Virus record (IMG/VR): IMGVR_UViG_2511231131_000003
Length of the DNA stretch: 40,699 bases
Direction: 5' to 3' (one strand)
Origin: a virus
Taxonomy: Duplodnaviria > Heunggongvirae > Uroviricota > Caudoviricetes
Shown: positions 1 to 8,046 of the stretch, in pieces
Position numbering within the stretch: the first letter of the stretch is position 1
Layout: each line of letters starts with the position of its first letter
Notes under the pieces: model-generated
Database searches by the model: none
Seen by the model: the letters and a program-made list of their open reading frames with translations, nothing else
Told to the model about the DNA's origin: nothing
Made by a program: the position numbers and the translations under genes

Positions 1-1164
1 TTACGCCTTCTTTATATCCTCCATAATTCCAGAGTGGGACATATTTGGGACATTATCACCAAAAATGTCGTCTATTTTCCTCGCATGCTCTGTCAAATGA
101 TTAGGCGCAAGGTGAGCATACCTACGAACCATTTCTATGGACTCCCATCCGCCCATTTCCTGAAGCACTGATAATGGGACGCCTGACTGAATCAGCCAGC
201 TTGCCCAGGTGTGTCTGAGGTCATGGAAACGGAAATCTTCAATTCCTGCACGACGACAAGCTGATAGCCATGATGTCTTGCTGTCGATGCGCATCTTCCT
301 GACCGCAGGCGTTGATGTTCCATCTGCTCGCTTAGCCGCCTTGGTATGTACAAACACCCATTTGTGATGCTTGCCTATTTGATCACGCAACACTTTACAG
401 GCGGTATCGTTCAGCGCCACACCAATGGCGCGGTTTGATTTGCTCTCTTCTGGATTCACCCAGGCAACTCGTCGCTGCATGTCGATTTGTTGCCATTCCA
501 GATTTATGATGTTCGACTTTCTCAGACCAGTTGCCAGCGCAAACTTGACGACAGATTTCAGTGGTTCGGGGCACTCATCAATAAGGCGTTTTGCTTCCTC
601 CTTTTCCAGCCATCTGACTCGCTTGTTTCTGACCGCTGGTATCTTGATGACAGGCGCTTTTTCCAGCCACTTCCAGTCGCGTTCTGCAGCACGGAGAATG
701 GCCTTTATCATGGCAAGATGCTTTGCCTTTGTCTGAGTTGATACTGGCTTTGGTTCATAAACAGGCAGTTCTTTACCTTTCCTGATGGCGGCCTGAACTT
801 TCTGTTTCCATATTTCTTTCGTCTTTCTGTTATGCATTCTGCTTACAGCAGAGTAAATCTTTGCCTCCGAGATATCTTTAAGCCTTATACCCTCAAAATG
901 TTCAAGCCAGAACTCAATCCGGCTTTTATCTGAATCGAGAGATTTTTTATCAGCTTTTTCCTCAAGCCATCTTAGGCAGGCCTCTTCAAAAGTGACATCA
1001 GGTAAATCCCTTAGCTTTTCTACTCGCCAGAGTTCTGCTTTTCGCTTGTCGTGCAACTCCTGAGCTTGCCGCTTGTCCTTTGTGCCAAGAGATTCCTTAA
1101 TTCGTTTCCCGCCCGGGAGCGAATACGAGGCATACCATATTTCATTTCTGCGGAAGAGTGACAT
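1..1164 (-). CDS. int: phage tyrosine integrase (not lambda Int type)
   Basis: 387-aa ORF with ATG at 1164 preceded by GAGGA RBS; C-terminal HDLRHTWAS...RYAH region typical of tyrosine recombinase catalytic domain; located at prophage end beside xis. Stop codon is at window position 1-3 so attL lies outside the window. Confidence 0.9.
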   Translation of the reverse strand: MSLFRRNEIWYASYSLPGGKRIKESLGTKDKRQAQELHDKRKAELWRVEKLRDLPDVTFEEACLRWLEEKADKKSLDSDKSRIEFWLEHFEGIRLKDISEAKIYSAVSRMHNRKTKEIWKQKVQAAIRKGKELPVYEPKPVSTQTKAKHLAMIKAILRAAERDWKWLEKAPVIKIPAVRNKRVRWLEKEEAKRLIDECPEPLKSVVKFALATGLRKSNIINLEWQQIDMQRRVAWVNPEESKSNRAIGVALNDTACKVLRDQIGKHHKWVFVHTKAAKRADGTSTPAVRKMRIDSKTSWLSACRRAGIEDFRFHDLRHTWASWLIQSGVPLSVLQEMGGWESIEMVRRYAHLAPNHLTEHARKIDDIFGDNVPNMSHSGIMEDIKKA

Positions 1165-1391
1165 TTTCTTTCCTCTGTTATGCCATCACCCGCGCTCACC
1201 TGGACAGTATGCAGCGGAGACTGAAGCGCCGCAATGCAGGCTTGCCGTGTTGTGAGGTAAGGAGATTTTGGCTTGGTTGGATCTTTACGTGTTGCCTGTA
1301 GGCGGCCTGTTCGTATCCAGTTGGTGGCGGTTGGTCTGGATATCTTAAGAAACTGACAGGCCTCATCGAGTGTGAGGCTGTATGATTCCAT
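1020..1391 (-). CDS. xis: excisionase-like DNA-binding protein
   Basis: ATG at 1391 with GAGGT RBS (the ORF-track start at 1421 is GTG); N-terminal [31 protein letters not shown] resembles Xis/AlpA-type HTH; immediately upstream of int. The ORF runs 145 nt into int in another frame, so the true C-terminus is uncertain. Confidence 0.6.
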   Translation of the reverse strand: MESYSLTLDEACQFLKISRPTATNWIRTGRLQATRKDPTKPKSPYLTTRQACIAALQSPLHTVQVSAGDGITEERKCHSSAEMKYGMPRIRSRAGNELRNLLAQRTSGKLRSCTTSEKQNSGE

Positions 1392-1641
1392 GGTTACCTC
1401 TGCTTTTTGAACGCATGTCACGTAACTTCTTAATGTGTTCTGCCGTTTCGATCTCTTCTGCTATCCGATCTGCATCAGCTTTATTCACAGGTTCAAAGTC
1501 ATGATTAAAGCGGAACATGCTGGCGATACATGTTCTGCCTTTTCGGATGTAGTGAACTTTGTTGTGGGTAGAACGCAGGATTTTGCAGGGAGTGCCGTGG
1601 TGGTCGACGTACCAGGTGTTAGGAAAAATGATTCTGAACAT
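1363..1641 (-). CDS. hypothetical early-left operon protein
   Basis: 92-aa ORF with ATG at 1641 and GAGGT RBS; no motif recognised. Confidence 0.45.
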   Translation of the reverse strand: MFRIIFPNTWYVDHHGTPCKILRSTHNKVHYIRKGRTCIASMFRFNHDFEPVNKADADRIAEEIETAEHIKKLRDMRSKSRGNHGIIQPHTR

Positions 1642-1688
1642 TTTTACACCTCAGTTGGACGATGTTGAAATTTGCTGCTTTGAGGCCA

Positions 1689-1907
1689 TCACAGTCCCCA
1701 TTGTTTGTTCTTAAGTTCGATCTCCTCCTGGCAACTTGCACAAGTCCGACAACCCTGAACAGCCAGGCGTCTTCGCTCATCTATCGGATCGCCACACTCA
1801 CAACAATGAGTTGCGGATACAGTCTGGTAGTTCAGACGACGCATTTTTATTGCTGTATTGCGCTGTAATTCTTCGATTTCTGATGCTGAATCAATGATGT
1901 CTGCCAT
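1689..1907 (-). CDS. TraR/DksA-family C4 zinc-finger protein
   Basis: 72-aa ORF with CxxC...CxxC spacing (HCCECGD...CRTCASC) typical of TraR/DksA C4 zinc finger; small TraR-like proteins are common in the lambdoid early-left region. Confidence 0.55.
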   Translation of the reverse strand: MADIIDSASEIEELQRNTAIKMRRLNYQTVSATHCCECGDPIDERRRLAVQGCRTCASCQEEIELKNKQWGL

Positions 1908-2005
1908 CTTCCATTAATCCCTGAATTGTTGGTTAATACGCTTGAGGATGAATGCGAACAATAAAAAAGGAGCCTGTAGCTCCCTGATGATTTTGCTTTT
2001 CATGT

Positions 2006-2221
2006 TCACCGTTCCTTAAAGACGCCGTTTAACATGCCGATCGCCAGGCTTAAATGAGTCGGTGTGAATCCCATCAGCGTTACCGTTTCGCGGTGCTTCT
2101 TAAGTACGCTACGGCAAATGTCATCGACGTTTTTATCCGGAAACTGCTGTCTGGCTTTTTTGATTTCAGAATTAGCCTGACGGGCAATGCTGCGAAGGGC
2201 GTTTTCCTGCTGAGGTGTCAT
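2006..2221 (-). CDS. hypothetical protein (71 aa from ATG at 2221)
   Basis: The ORF-track start at 2320 is TTG; internal ATG at 2221 overlaps (ATGA) the stop of an upstream 27-codon ORF, suggesting translational coupling. Product MTPQQENALRS... not recognised. Confidence 0.4.
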   Translation of the reverse strand: MTPQQENALRSIARQANSEIKKARQQFPDKNVDDICRSVLKKHRETVTLMGFTPTHLSLAIGMLNGVFKER

Positions 2222-2301
2222 TGAACAAGTCCCATGTCGGCAAGCATAAGCACACAGAATATGAAGCCCGCTGCCAGAAAAATGCATTCCGTGGTTGTCA
2301 T
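2218..2301 (-). CDS. possible small hydrophobic peptide (27 aa, MTTTECIFLAAGFIFCVLMLADMGLVQ)
   Basis: ATG at 2301 preceded by GGAGG at 4-nt spacing; stop TGA overlaps the ATG of the downstream 71-aa ORF; hydrophobic single-helix-like composition. Below the ORF-track size cutoff; hand-translated. Confidence 0.3.
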   Translation of the reverse strand: MTTTECIFLAAGFIFCVLMLADMGLVQ

Positions 2302-2341
2302 GCAGCCTCCCGACGGGCAAGAATCCTTGAGCCGAACGCCA

Positions 2342-2854
2342 TCAACTCTCCACGATCAACGGTCGTAAAGTGGCAGTGTGTACGGGGTATGGGTGCCAGA
2401 TAATGAGCATCGAGCCTTTATTATTTCCACTGACGGGTTTCTCAGTGAGTGGGTTAATAAATGCCAGTCGTCCTGCCGTGATGAATCTGACCTCACTGGC
2501 GGTTTGTATCGCTTCATGAAACCATCCGACAGATGTGTCAGCAGGCAATAACATTACACATCCCACACTACTGAATTTGTTTTCAGTGGCTGCCTTTTTC
2601 ACAAAAGGGGAAATATTGCTGTATGGTGGATTCAACCAGACATAACCAGAGGCATATCCCATTGCTTCAGGCCATGAAGTGGTTAATGTGTTCTGCTCCT
2701 GTGAGATAAAAAGCCGACATAGTCGGTTTTTTTCGCTGGCGGCAGCATCAAGTTGAAAAACGAACTCTGCATTAAGCGCAGCAAAAATCTCTGGTGGTGT
2801 GCGCCAGCTGTCGCGATGTTCGGCAGGAGTATTGCTTCCGGTGAAATCAGTCAT
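2342..2854 (-). CDS. phage Dam-like N6-adenine DNA methyltransferase
   Basis: 170-aa ORF containing NPPY (motif IV of N6-adenine/N4-cytosine methyltransferases) in YVWLNPPYSN; ATG at 2854 overlaps the stop of the upstream small ORF. Confidence 0.75.
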   Translation of the reverse strand: MTDFTGSNTPAEHRDSWRTPPEIFAALNAEFVFQLDAAASEKNRLCRLFISQEQNTLTTSWPEAMGYASGYVWLNPPYSNISPFVKKAATENKFSSVGCVMLLPADTSVGWFHEAIQTASEVRFITAGRLAFINPLTEKPVSGNNKGSMLIIWHPYPVHTATLRPLIVES

Positions 2855-3008
2855 ACAGCCCCCGTTTATTATTTATCGCCTCAGCCAGCCGCTGTGCTTT
2901 CAGTGGATTTCTGATAACAGAAAGGCCGGGAAATACCCAGCCTCGCTTTGTAAGGGAGTAGACGAAAGTGATCGCGCCTACCCGGATATTATCGTGAGGA
3001 TGCGTCAT
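2847..3008 (-). CDS. small ORF at lambda orf60a position (53 aa)
   Basis: Hand-translated [56 protein letters not shown] overlaps the exo stop (ATGA) and its stop overlaps the methyltransferase ATG. An alternative ATG lies at 3014. Confidence 0.4.
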   Translation of the reverse strand: MTHPHDNIRVGAITFVYSLTKRGWVFPGLSVIRNPLKAQRLAEAINNKRGLYD

Positions 3009-3685
3009 CGCCATTGCTCCCCAAATACAAAACTAATTTCAGCCAGTGCCTCGTCCATTTTTTCGATGAACTCCGGCACCATCTCGTCAAAACTCGCCAT
3101 GTACTTTTCATTCCGCTCAATCACGACATAATGCAGGCCTTCACGCTTCATGCGCGGGTCATAGTTGGCAAAGTACCAGGCATCTTTTCGCGTCACCCAC
3201 ATGCTGTACTGCACCTGGGCCATGTAAGCCGATTTTATTGCCTCGAAACCACCGAGCCGGAATTTCATGAAATCCCGGGAGGTAAACGGGCATTTCAGTT
3301 CAAGGCCGTTGCCGTCACTGCATAAACCATCGGGAGAGCAGGCGGTGCGCATACTTTCGTCGCGATAGATGATCGGGGATTCAGTAATATTCACGCCGGA
3401 AGTGAATTCAAACAGGGTTCTGGCGTCGTTCTCGTACTGTTTTCCCCAGGCCAGCGCCTTAGCATTAACTTCCGGAGCCACACCGGTGCAAACCTCAGCC
3501 AGCAGGGTGTGGAAGTAGGACATTTTCATGTCAGGCCACTTCTTTCCTGAGCGGGGCTTTGCTATCACGTTGTGAACTTCTGAAGCGGTGATGACGCCGA
3601 GCCGTAATTTGTGCCATGCATCATCCCCCTGTTCGACAGCTCTCACGTCGATCCCGGTACGCTGCAGGATAATGTCCGGTGTCAT
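3005..3685 (-). CDS. exo: lambda exonuclease (Red-alpha, 5'-3' dsDNA exonuclease)
   Basis: 226-aa product matches lambda Exo over its whole length as I recall it ([40 protein letters not shown]...). Confidence 0.96.
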   Translation of the reverse strand: MTPDIILQRTGIDVRAVEQGDDAWHKLRLGVITASEVHNVIAKPRSGKKWPDMKMSYFHTLLAEVCTGVAPEVNAKALAWGKQYENDARTLFEFTSGVNITESPIIYRDESMRTACSPDGLCSDGNGLELKCPFTSRDFMKFRLGGFEAIKSAYMAQVQYSMWVTRKDAWYFANYDPRMKREGLHYVVIERNEKYMASFDEMVPEFIEKMDEALAEISFVFGEQWR

Positions 3686-4467
3686 GCTGCCACCTTCTGC
3701 TCAGTGGCTTTCTGTTTCAGGAATCCAAGAGCTTTCACTGCTTCGGCCTGTGTCAGTTCTGACGATGCGCGAATGTCGCGGCGAAATATCTGGGAACAGA
3801 GCGGCAATAAGTCGTCATCCCATGTTTTATCCAGGGCGATCAGCAGAGTGTTAATCTCCTGCATGGTTTCATCGTTCACCGGAGTGATGTCGCGTTCCGG
3901 CTGACGTTCCGCAGTGTATGCAGTATTTTCGACAATGCGCTCGGCTTCATCCTTGTCATAGATACCAGCAAATCCGAAGGCCAGACGGGCACACTGAATC
4001 ATGGCTTTATGCCGCAACATTCGTTTGGGATGCGACTGCCACGGTCCGGTGATTTCTCTGCCTTCGCGGGTTTTGAATGGTTCGCGGCGGCATTCATCCA
4101 TCCATTCGGTAACGCAGATCGGATGATTACGGTCCTTGCGGTAAATCCGGCATGTACAGGATTCATTGTCCTGCTCAAAGTCCATGCCATCAAACTGCTG
4201 GTTTTCATTGATGATGCGGGACCAGCCATCAACGCCCACCACCGGAACGATGCCGTTCTGCTTATCAGGGAAGGCGTAAATTTCTTTCGTCCACGGATTA
4301 AGGCCGTACTGGTTGGCGACGATCAGCAATGCGATGAACTGCGCATCGCTGGCATCGCCTTTAAATGCTGTCTGGCGAAGAGTGGTGATCAGTTCCTGTG
4401 GGTCGACAGAATCCATGCCGACACGTTCAGCCAGCTTCCCAGCCAGCGTTGCGAGTGCTGTACTCAT
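3682..4467 (-). CDS. bet: Red-beta single-strand annealing protein
   Basis: 261-aa product matches lambda Bet ([48 protein letters not shown]...); start overlaps the exo-side gene junction as in lambda. Confidence 0.96.
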   Translation of the reverse strand: MSTALATLAGKLAERVGMDSVDPQELITTLRQTAFKGDASDAQFIALLIVANQYGLNPWTKEIYAFPDKQNGIVPVVGVDGWSRIINENQQFDGMDFEQDNESCTCRIYRKDRNHPICVTEWMDECRREPFKTREGREITGPWQSHPKRMLRHKAMIQCARLAFGFAGIYDKDEAERIVENTAYTAERQPERDITPVNDETMQEINTLLIALDKTWDDDLLPLCSQIFRRDIRASSELTQAEAVKALGFLKQKATEQKVAA

Positions 4468-4472
4468 CCGTT

Positions 4473-4769
4473 TTATACCTCTGAATCAATATCAACCTGG
4501 TGGTGAGCAATGGTTTCAACCATGTACCGGATGTGTTCTGCCATGCGCTCCTGAAACTCAACATCGTCATCAAACGCACGGGTAATGGCTTTTTTGCTGG
4601 CCCCGTGGCGTTGCAAATGATCGATGCATAGCGATTCAAACAGGTGCTGGGGCAGGCCTTTTTCCATGTCGTCTGCCAGTTCTGCCTCTTTCTCTTCACG
4701 GGCGATCTGCTGGTAGTGACGCGCCCAGCTCTGAGCCTCAAGACGATCCTGAATGTAATAAGCGTTCAT
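4473..4769 (-). CDS. gam: Gam host RecBCD inhibitor (98-aa GamS form)
   Basis: [44 protein letters not shown]... matches the lambda Gam C-terminal 98 aa; the ORF is not open upstream to the long-form start. Confidence 0.93.
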   Translation of the reverse strand: MNAYYIQDRLEAQSWARHYQQIAREEKEAELADDMEKGLPQHLFESLCIDHLQRHGASKKAITRAFDDDVEFQERMAEHIRYMVETIAHHQVDIDSEV

Positions 4770-4844
4770 GGCTGAACTCCTGAAAATGGCTGTGAAAATA
4801 TCGCCCGCGAAATGCCAGGCTGATTAGGAAAACAGGAAAGGGGA

Positions 4845-5255
4845 TTAGTGATTCAGGCCGTTACCGCGTCCGTCGAGAAAAACTTCCACGAGCAAATCAC
4901 GGGTATAAGTGCGCTCGATGCCGCGATGCAGATATAGCCGTCCGCGTAAATTAGCTGATGCAGTCCAGGTACCATCTTTGTGTTTGACCAGCATTCCTGG
5001 CATGACCGCACCGCGATTAACGGTCTGCGTTCCGTAATGTTGATGAACCATAAAAACTCCTGCCCGTAAGCTGGGCTGCTGAACATATATAGACTTCTGC
5101 GCGTATTCAGGCGGTGGATGGCCGCCGGTTGTCATAACTAAGCCGCCTCGTTGAAGCGACTGAGGTATGAAGTGTTGAGTTGATTTCAGCTGGTCACACC
5201 GACGTTCACGCGTCCGTTTCACCCCTCGCACTCCCCGGAGCCTGCCGAAATTCAA
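4845..5255 (-). CDS. first ORF downstream of putative pL (kil/N position); function unknown
   Basis: Open frame of 136 codons starting with TTG at 5255; in-frame ATGs give 96-, 68- or 52-aa products. The stop lies about 44 nt inside the ancestral long-gam frame, mirroring the lambda kil-gam overlap. N-proximal Arg-rich stretch ([15 protein letters not shown]). Start and identity unresolved. Confidence 0.35.
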   Translation of the reverse strand: MNFGRLRGVRGVKRTRERRCDQLKSTQHFIPQSLQRGGLVMTTGGHPPPEYAQKSIYVQQPSLRAGVFMVHQHYGTQTVNRGAVMPGMLVKHKDGTWTASANLRGRLYLHRGIERTYTRDLLVEVFLDGRGNGLNH

Positions 5256-5318
5256 GCTGCGGATCTAAGCGGTCATCGCAACGGTGAAGTTATAAATTTT
5301 GTGATACCAACATCGATG

Positions 5319-5372
5319 CAATAGCATGACAATAGCAATGGCTATTGGTGTAGTCAATAGCAATTGGTATTG
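5319..5372. promoter_or_regulatory. putative OL operator cluster and leftward promoter pL
   Basis: Repeated CAATAGC half-sites including 18-bp inverted repeat CAATAGCAATGGCTATTG (5330-5347) and CAATAGCAATTGGTATTG (5355-5372). On the minus strand, -35 TTGACT (5357-5352), 17-bp spacer, -10 TATTGT (5334-5329), pointing toward 4845-5255. A GG(T/A)ATTGATAATG block is shared with the OR region. Confidence 0.5.
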
Positions 5373-5608
5373 ATAATGTTTGATATACTTGTTCTGATTG
5401 ATAATTAAATGAATTTTTATAAAAAAGAGTATGAAGACTTATTGGTGTGGCTGAAATTTGTACAGCTTTAATGTGCCTCGTGACAGAGGGGCATCGGGTT
5501 GTGGTGAGCTCGGTAGGTTGGCAGCAAATTTAATCGAATATTGGTAGTCTGAGTTCTTATGTGTATTTTTTTTAGTCAGTTGCTAAATGATACATAAATG
5601 ACTTATTA

Positions 5609-5641
5609 GCCCCGCCATCGCTTTGTACGGGGCGTTTATTT
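5609..5641. terminator. GC-rich hairpin adjacent to the stop of the SIR2-like gene
   Basis: CCCCG-N13-CGGGG stem-loop (5610-5632) followed on the plus strand by TTTATTT; on the minus strand it lies directly 3' of the SIR2-like gene stop with an A/U-rich tail. Could terminate the repressor-SIR2 transcript or act bidirectionally. Confidence 0.35.
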
Positions 5642-7247
5642 AATTTATCTTTTCAACATTTCCATGAATCAACAAGTCGTAGGCAAGAAATAGTTTCCTA
5701 TACTGGGTTTTTAAATTGTCAACGTCGCATGTCTTGAATTGAACAAACGCTTCTTTTTTAACATAATCTTCAATCTCCTCTTTGGGGATATTTTTTATGT
5801 TCTTAATGACTATAGACAATTCTTTGTACTTTTTGAACGTTGCATCCTTTATATCTTTGATGTTGGTGTAAATTTTATTTGCATTGATTTTATCTAAGGT
5901 GATTTTATTGAGCAAGTCGTCTAGTTTTCCGTGGCGTTCAATGCGTTGATTTAGTTTTAACACATATTTAGCTGGCAAACTTAACTCTTTCAAATTACAT
6001 GAGGTTATAGTTTTTGAAAATGGAAGTTGTAATGAGTTTACTGAGCCTAATATGAAATCTATGGCTAATTTATTAGATATTTCATTTTTATTAAATAAGT
6101 AATCTTCAAGATAATTTATTTCTTTAACTTGTGTGAATACATACTTTTTATCGCCTAGAGCAACAACTAAATTTTTTCCTTGTTTAACACTTTCTTCAAG
6201 TCTGTCTAAGTCAGAAGGTGAAACCAATAGAGTATCTAAGTGCCCTTTTTCACCCTCATTAATGATAAGTGTTTTGATGGCTCTTTGATACCTTAAAACA
6301 TCATAAGGTGAGAGCCCTTCATCAACAGCACTGATCTCATCATAGATCTGTTTATAGTTATCTGTTTTAACAGATGTATATGTAATTTGTAGCTGTTGAT
6401 CGGTAATCTGTTTTGGTACTACTTCCTGTTCATTCTCTTTATATTCAATCAAAATTATTCTTTCAGCTGATTTTCGACCATCTTCTCTAGGTAGTTGTGA
6501 GGAAAAATCAGAAAGAAGTTTCTTTACATTCCTGTCAGTTAAAGAATATCCAAGAAAAACTATTGGATTTTTAATCATGTTAGATAGTATCTTGGCACTA
6601 ATGAGTATAGATTTGTTGTCATATTTTTCGTAATCATCTTTATTTATGATTATTGAGTGTGGATCCTTTATATCACCATGGATTTTGTATAACTCACTCC
6701 ATCCAATAGTATCTTCGAAAAAACCATTATTTCCAATATAGAGTTTTGGAGTTACATTTTGCTCTTGAAGTAAATTTTCTATGAAAGCATCATAATTTGT
6801 AGTGATGATTATCTTGGCCTTTTTTATTAATGTTTTAAATGATGCTAATTCATCAAGATTTACATCCTTTCTGATTGTGTTATTAGAAAATCTTTGGCAT
6901 ATAGCGTATTTAAATGGTGAAATATCTTCACTAAAAACCCTCTTGGCATCTAGTCCATTTAATTTTAATTTGCCAGTCCTAAACAATAGATTGTAATCAT
7001 TTTCAATTTTACTTGCTGCCTCTGTATAAATCTTATGATCGATATCATTATCACTGTTATTTTTATGTGATTCTTTTATTGTTAAAAGATAACTATAGAA
7101 ATCATTTGTGGGATTTGTTATTTTCCAATACTCGTTTAATAGCTCTTCCCACGTTGGGTAGTTCTCTAAATATCTTTTTGAAATGCCTGAGCCAATAAAG
7201 ACTATTGGGTAATTTTTGAATTCAAAATTTTTTTTTGACATATCCAT
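5640..7247 (-). CDS. SIR2-family (ThsA-like NADase domain) protein with uncharacterised C-terminal domain; candidate anti-phage defence protein in the rexAB position
   Basis: 535-aa ORF, markedly AT-rich relative to flanking phage genes. N-terminal ~270 aa carries SIR2_2/ThsA-type motifs: VFIGSGIS, IITTNYDAFIENLL, YKIHGDIKDPHSIIINKDDYEKY and VFLGYSLTDRNV (conserved Asn and His of the NADase site present). C-terminal ~260 aa has no motif I recognise. Same strand and immediately downstream of the CI-type repressor gene. Confidence 0.85.
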   Translation of the reverse strand: MDMSKKNFEFKNYPIVFIGSGISKRYLENYPTWEELLNEYWKITNPTNDFYSYLLTIKESHKNNSDNDIDHKIYTEAASKIENDYNLLFRTGKLKLNGLDAKRVFSEDISPFKYAICQRFSNNTIRKDVNLDELASFKTLIKKAKIIITTNYDAFIENLLQEQNVTPKLYIGNNGFFEDTIGWSELYKIHGDIKDPHSIIINKDDYEKYDNKSILISAKILSNMIKNPIVFLGYSLTDRNVKKLLSDFSSQLPREDGRKSAERIILIEYKENEQEVVPKQITDQQLQITYTSVKTDNYKQIYDEISAVDEGLSPYDVLRYQRAIKTLIINEGEKGHLDTLLVSPSDLDRLEESVKQGKNLVVALGDKKYVFTQVKEINYLEDYLFNKNEISNKLAIDFILGSVNSLQLPFSKTITSCNLKELSLPAKYVLKLNQRIERHGKLDDLLNKITLDKINANKIYTNIKDIKDATFKKYKELSIVIKNIKNIPKEEIEDYVKKEAFVQFKTCDVDNLKTQYRKLFLAYDLLIHGNVEKIN

Positions 7248-7353
7248 ATACCTTAAGCTCTGCTTGAAACATCCATTCTATAAATTATGAGGATGTCAGC
7301 ATGTCTCACCAAAACATCATCTGGTTATCTTGATGAAATCTGTCATTAATAAT

Positions 7354-8046
7354 CTACCCATGTTTTCTATATGTCTGTGGCATGCTCCCAATAACTTTCC
7401 CAAATATAAATACCCGATTCATTTCGTCTTTTTCGATCGGGTCCCATGGTGAGTAGCTCTTGTTATCAGAGATAACCAGCAGCTTATCCTTCATCATTTG
7501 CAGGCGCTTTACATGGGCTGTGTCGTCGTACAGAAACGCATAGATACCATCACCGTCGAAAGATTTAACAGTGATATCAACGAACAGAAGATCACCTGGT
7601 TCGATCGTTCCTGACATGCTGTCACCGCGTACGTTAATGATGCGGATATTTTCTGCCTTCCTGCCATCGAACATGTGACGAGCATCGTCAAACGAGTACT
7701 CAACCGAGCGTAGGACTTCTACAAACTCACGGTTGATGACACCCGGCCCAGCACTGACTTCTATATCAAGAACGTCAATCTTGAAGTATTTGGAATGGTT
7801 GACAGCAGGCTTCCCTGATTGTTGACCGTCATTTCTCATCGGGCCTATGCCTGATGAGAGCCACTCTGTTCGAACACCCAATGCATTAGCTATTTCAACA
7901 ATTTTTGTTGAGCCGCGTGCGTTGCCGCTTGTCAGTCTCCAGATTGTGGGTTGAGCTACGCCAGACGCCTTTGCAAGAGCGCCTTGAGACATTCCAGATT
8001 GTTCCATCGCTAGGTTTAAGCGATCAGCAAGAGTTTCTTTTTTCAT
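7354..8046 (-). CDS. CI-type prophage repressor (N-terminal HTH, C-terminal S24 LexA-like peptidase domain)
   Basis: ATG at 8046 (the ORF-track start at 8082 is TTG); HTH region QGALAKASGVAQPTIWRL; S24 autocleavage motifs GDSM and a downstream K; divergent from the cro-like gene across an operator-containing spacer. Not lambda cI by sequence. Confidence 0.88.
   Translation of the reverse strand: MKKETLADRLNLAMEQSGMSQGALAKASGVAQPTIWRLTSGNARGSTKIVEIANALGVRTEWLSSGIGPMRNDGQQSGKPAVNHSKYFKIDVLDIEVSAGPGVINREFVEVLRSVEYSFDDARHMFDGRKAENIRIINVRGDSMSGTIEPGDLLFVDITVKSFDGDGIYAFLYDDTAHVKRLQMMKDKLLVISDNKSYSPWDPIEKDEMNRVFIFGKVIGSMPQTYRKHG

Noticed and set aside
425-741. Plus-strand ORFs 425-736 and 487-741 within int
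   Set aside because: Antisense to the integrase gene; no independent support.
4770-4890. Long-form Gam (138 aa) start upstream of 4769
   Set aside because: The frame upstream of the MNAYYIQ start is not open to an initiation codon in this sequence, so only the 98-aa form is called. I could not verify against the lambda sequence whether this reflects an indel, so it is not raised as a finding.
5255-5330. Search for a nutL (boxA CGCTCTTA-like plus boxB hairpin) between the putative pL and the first leftward ORF
   Set aside because: Only a weak CGCTTAGAT resemblance and no convincing boxB stem-loop; insufficient to call a nut site.
7248-7353. Independent promoter for the SIR2-like gene in the gap after the repressor gene
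   Set aside because: Only weak candidates (TTGGTG, 17 bp, CATAAT on the minus strand); cannot distinguish from read-through from the repressor promoter, so it is mentioned only as a possibility.
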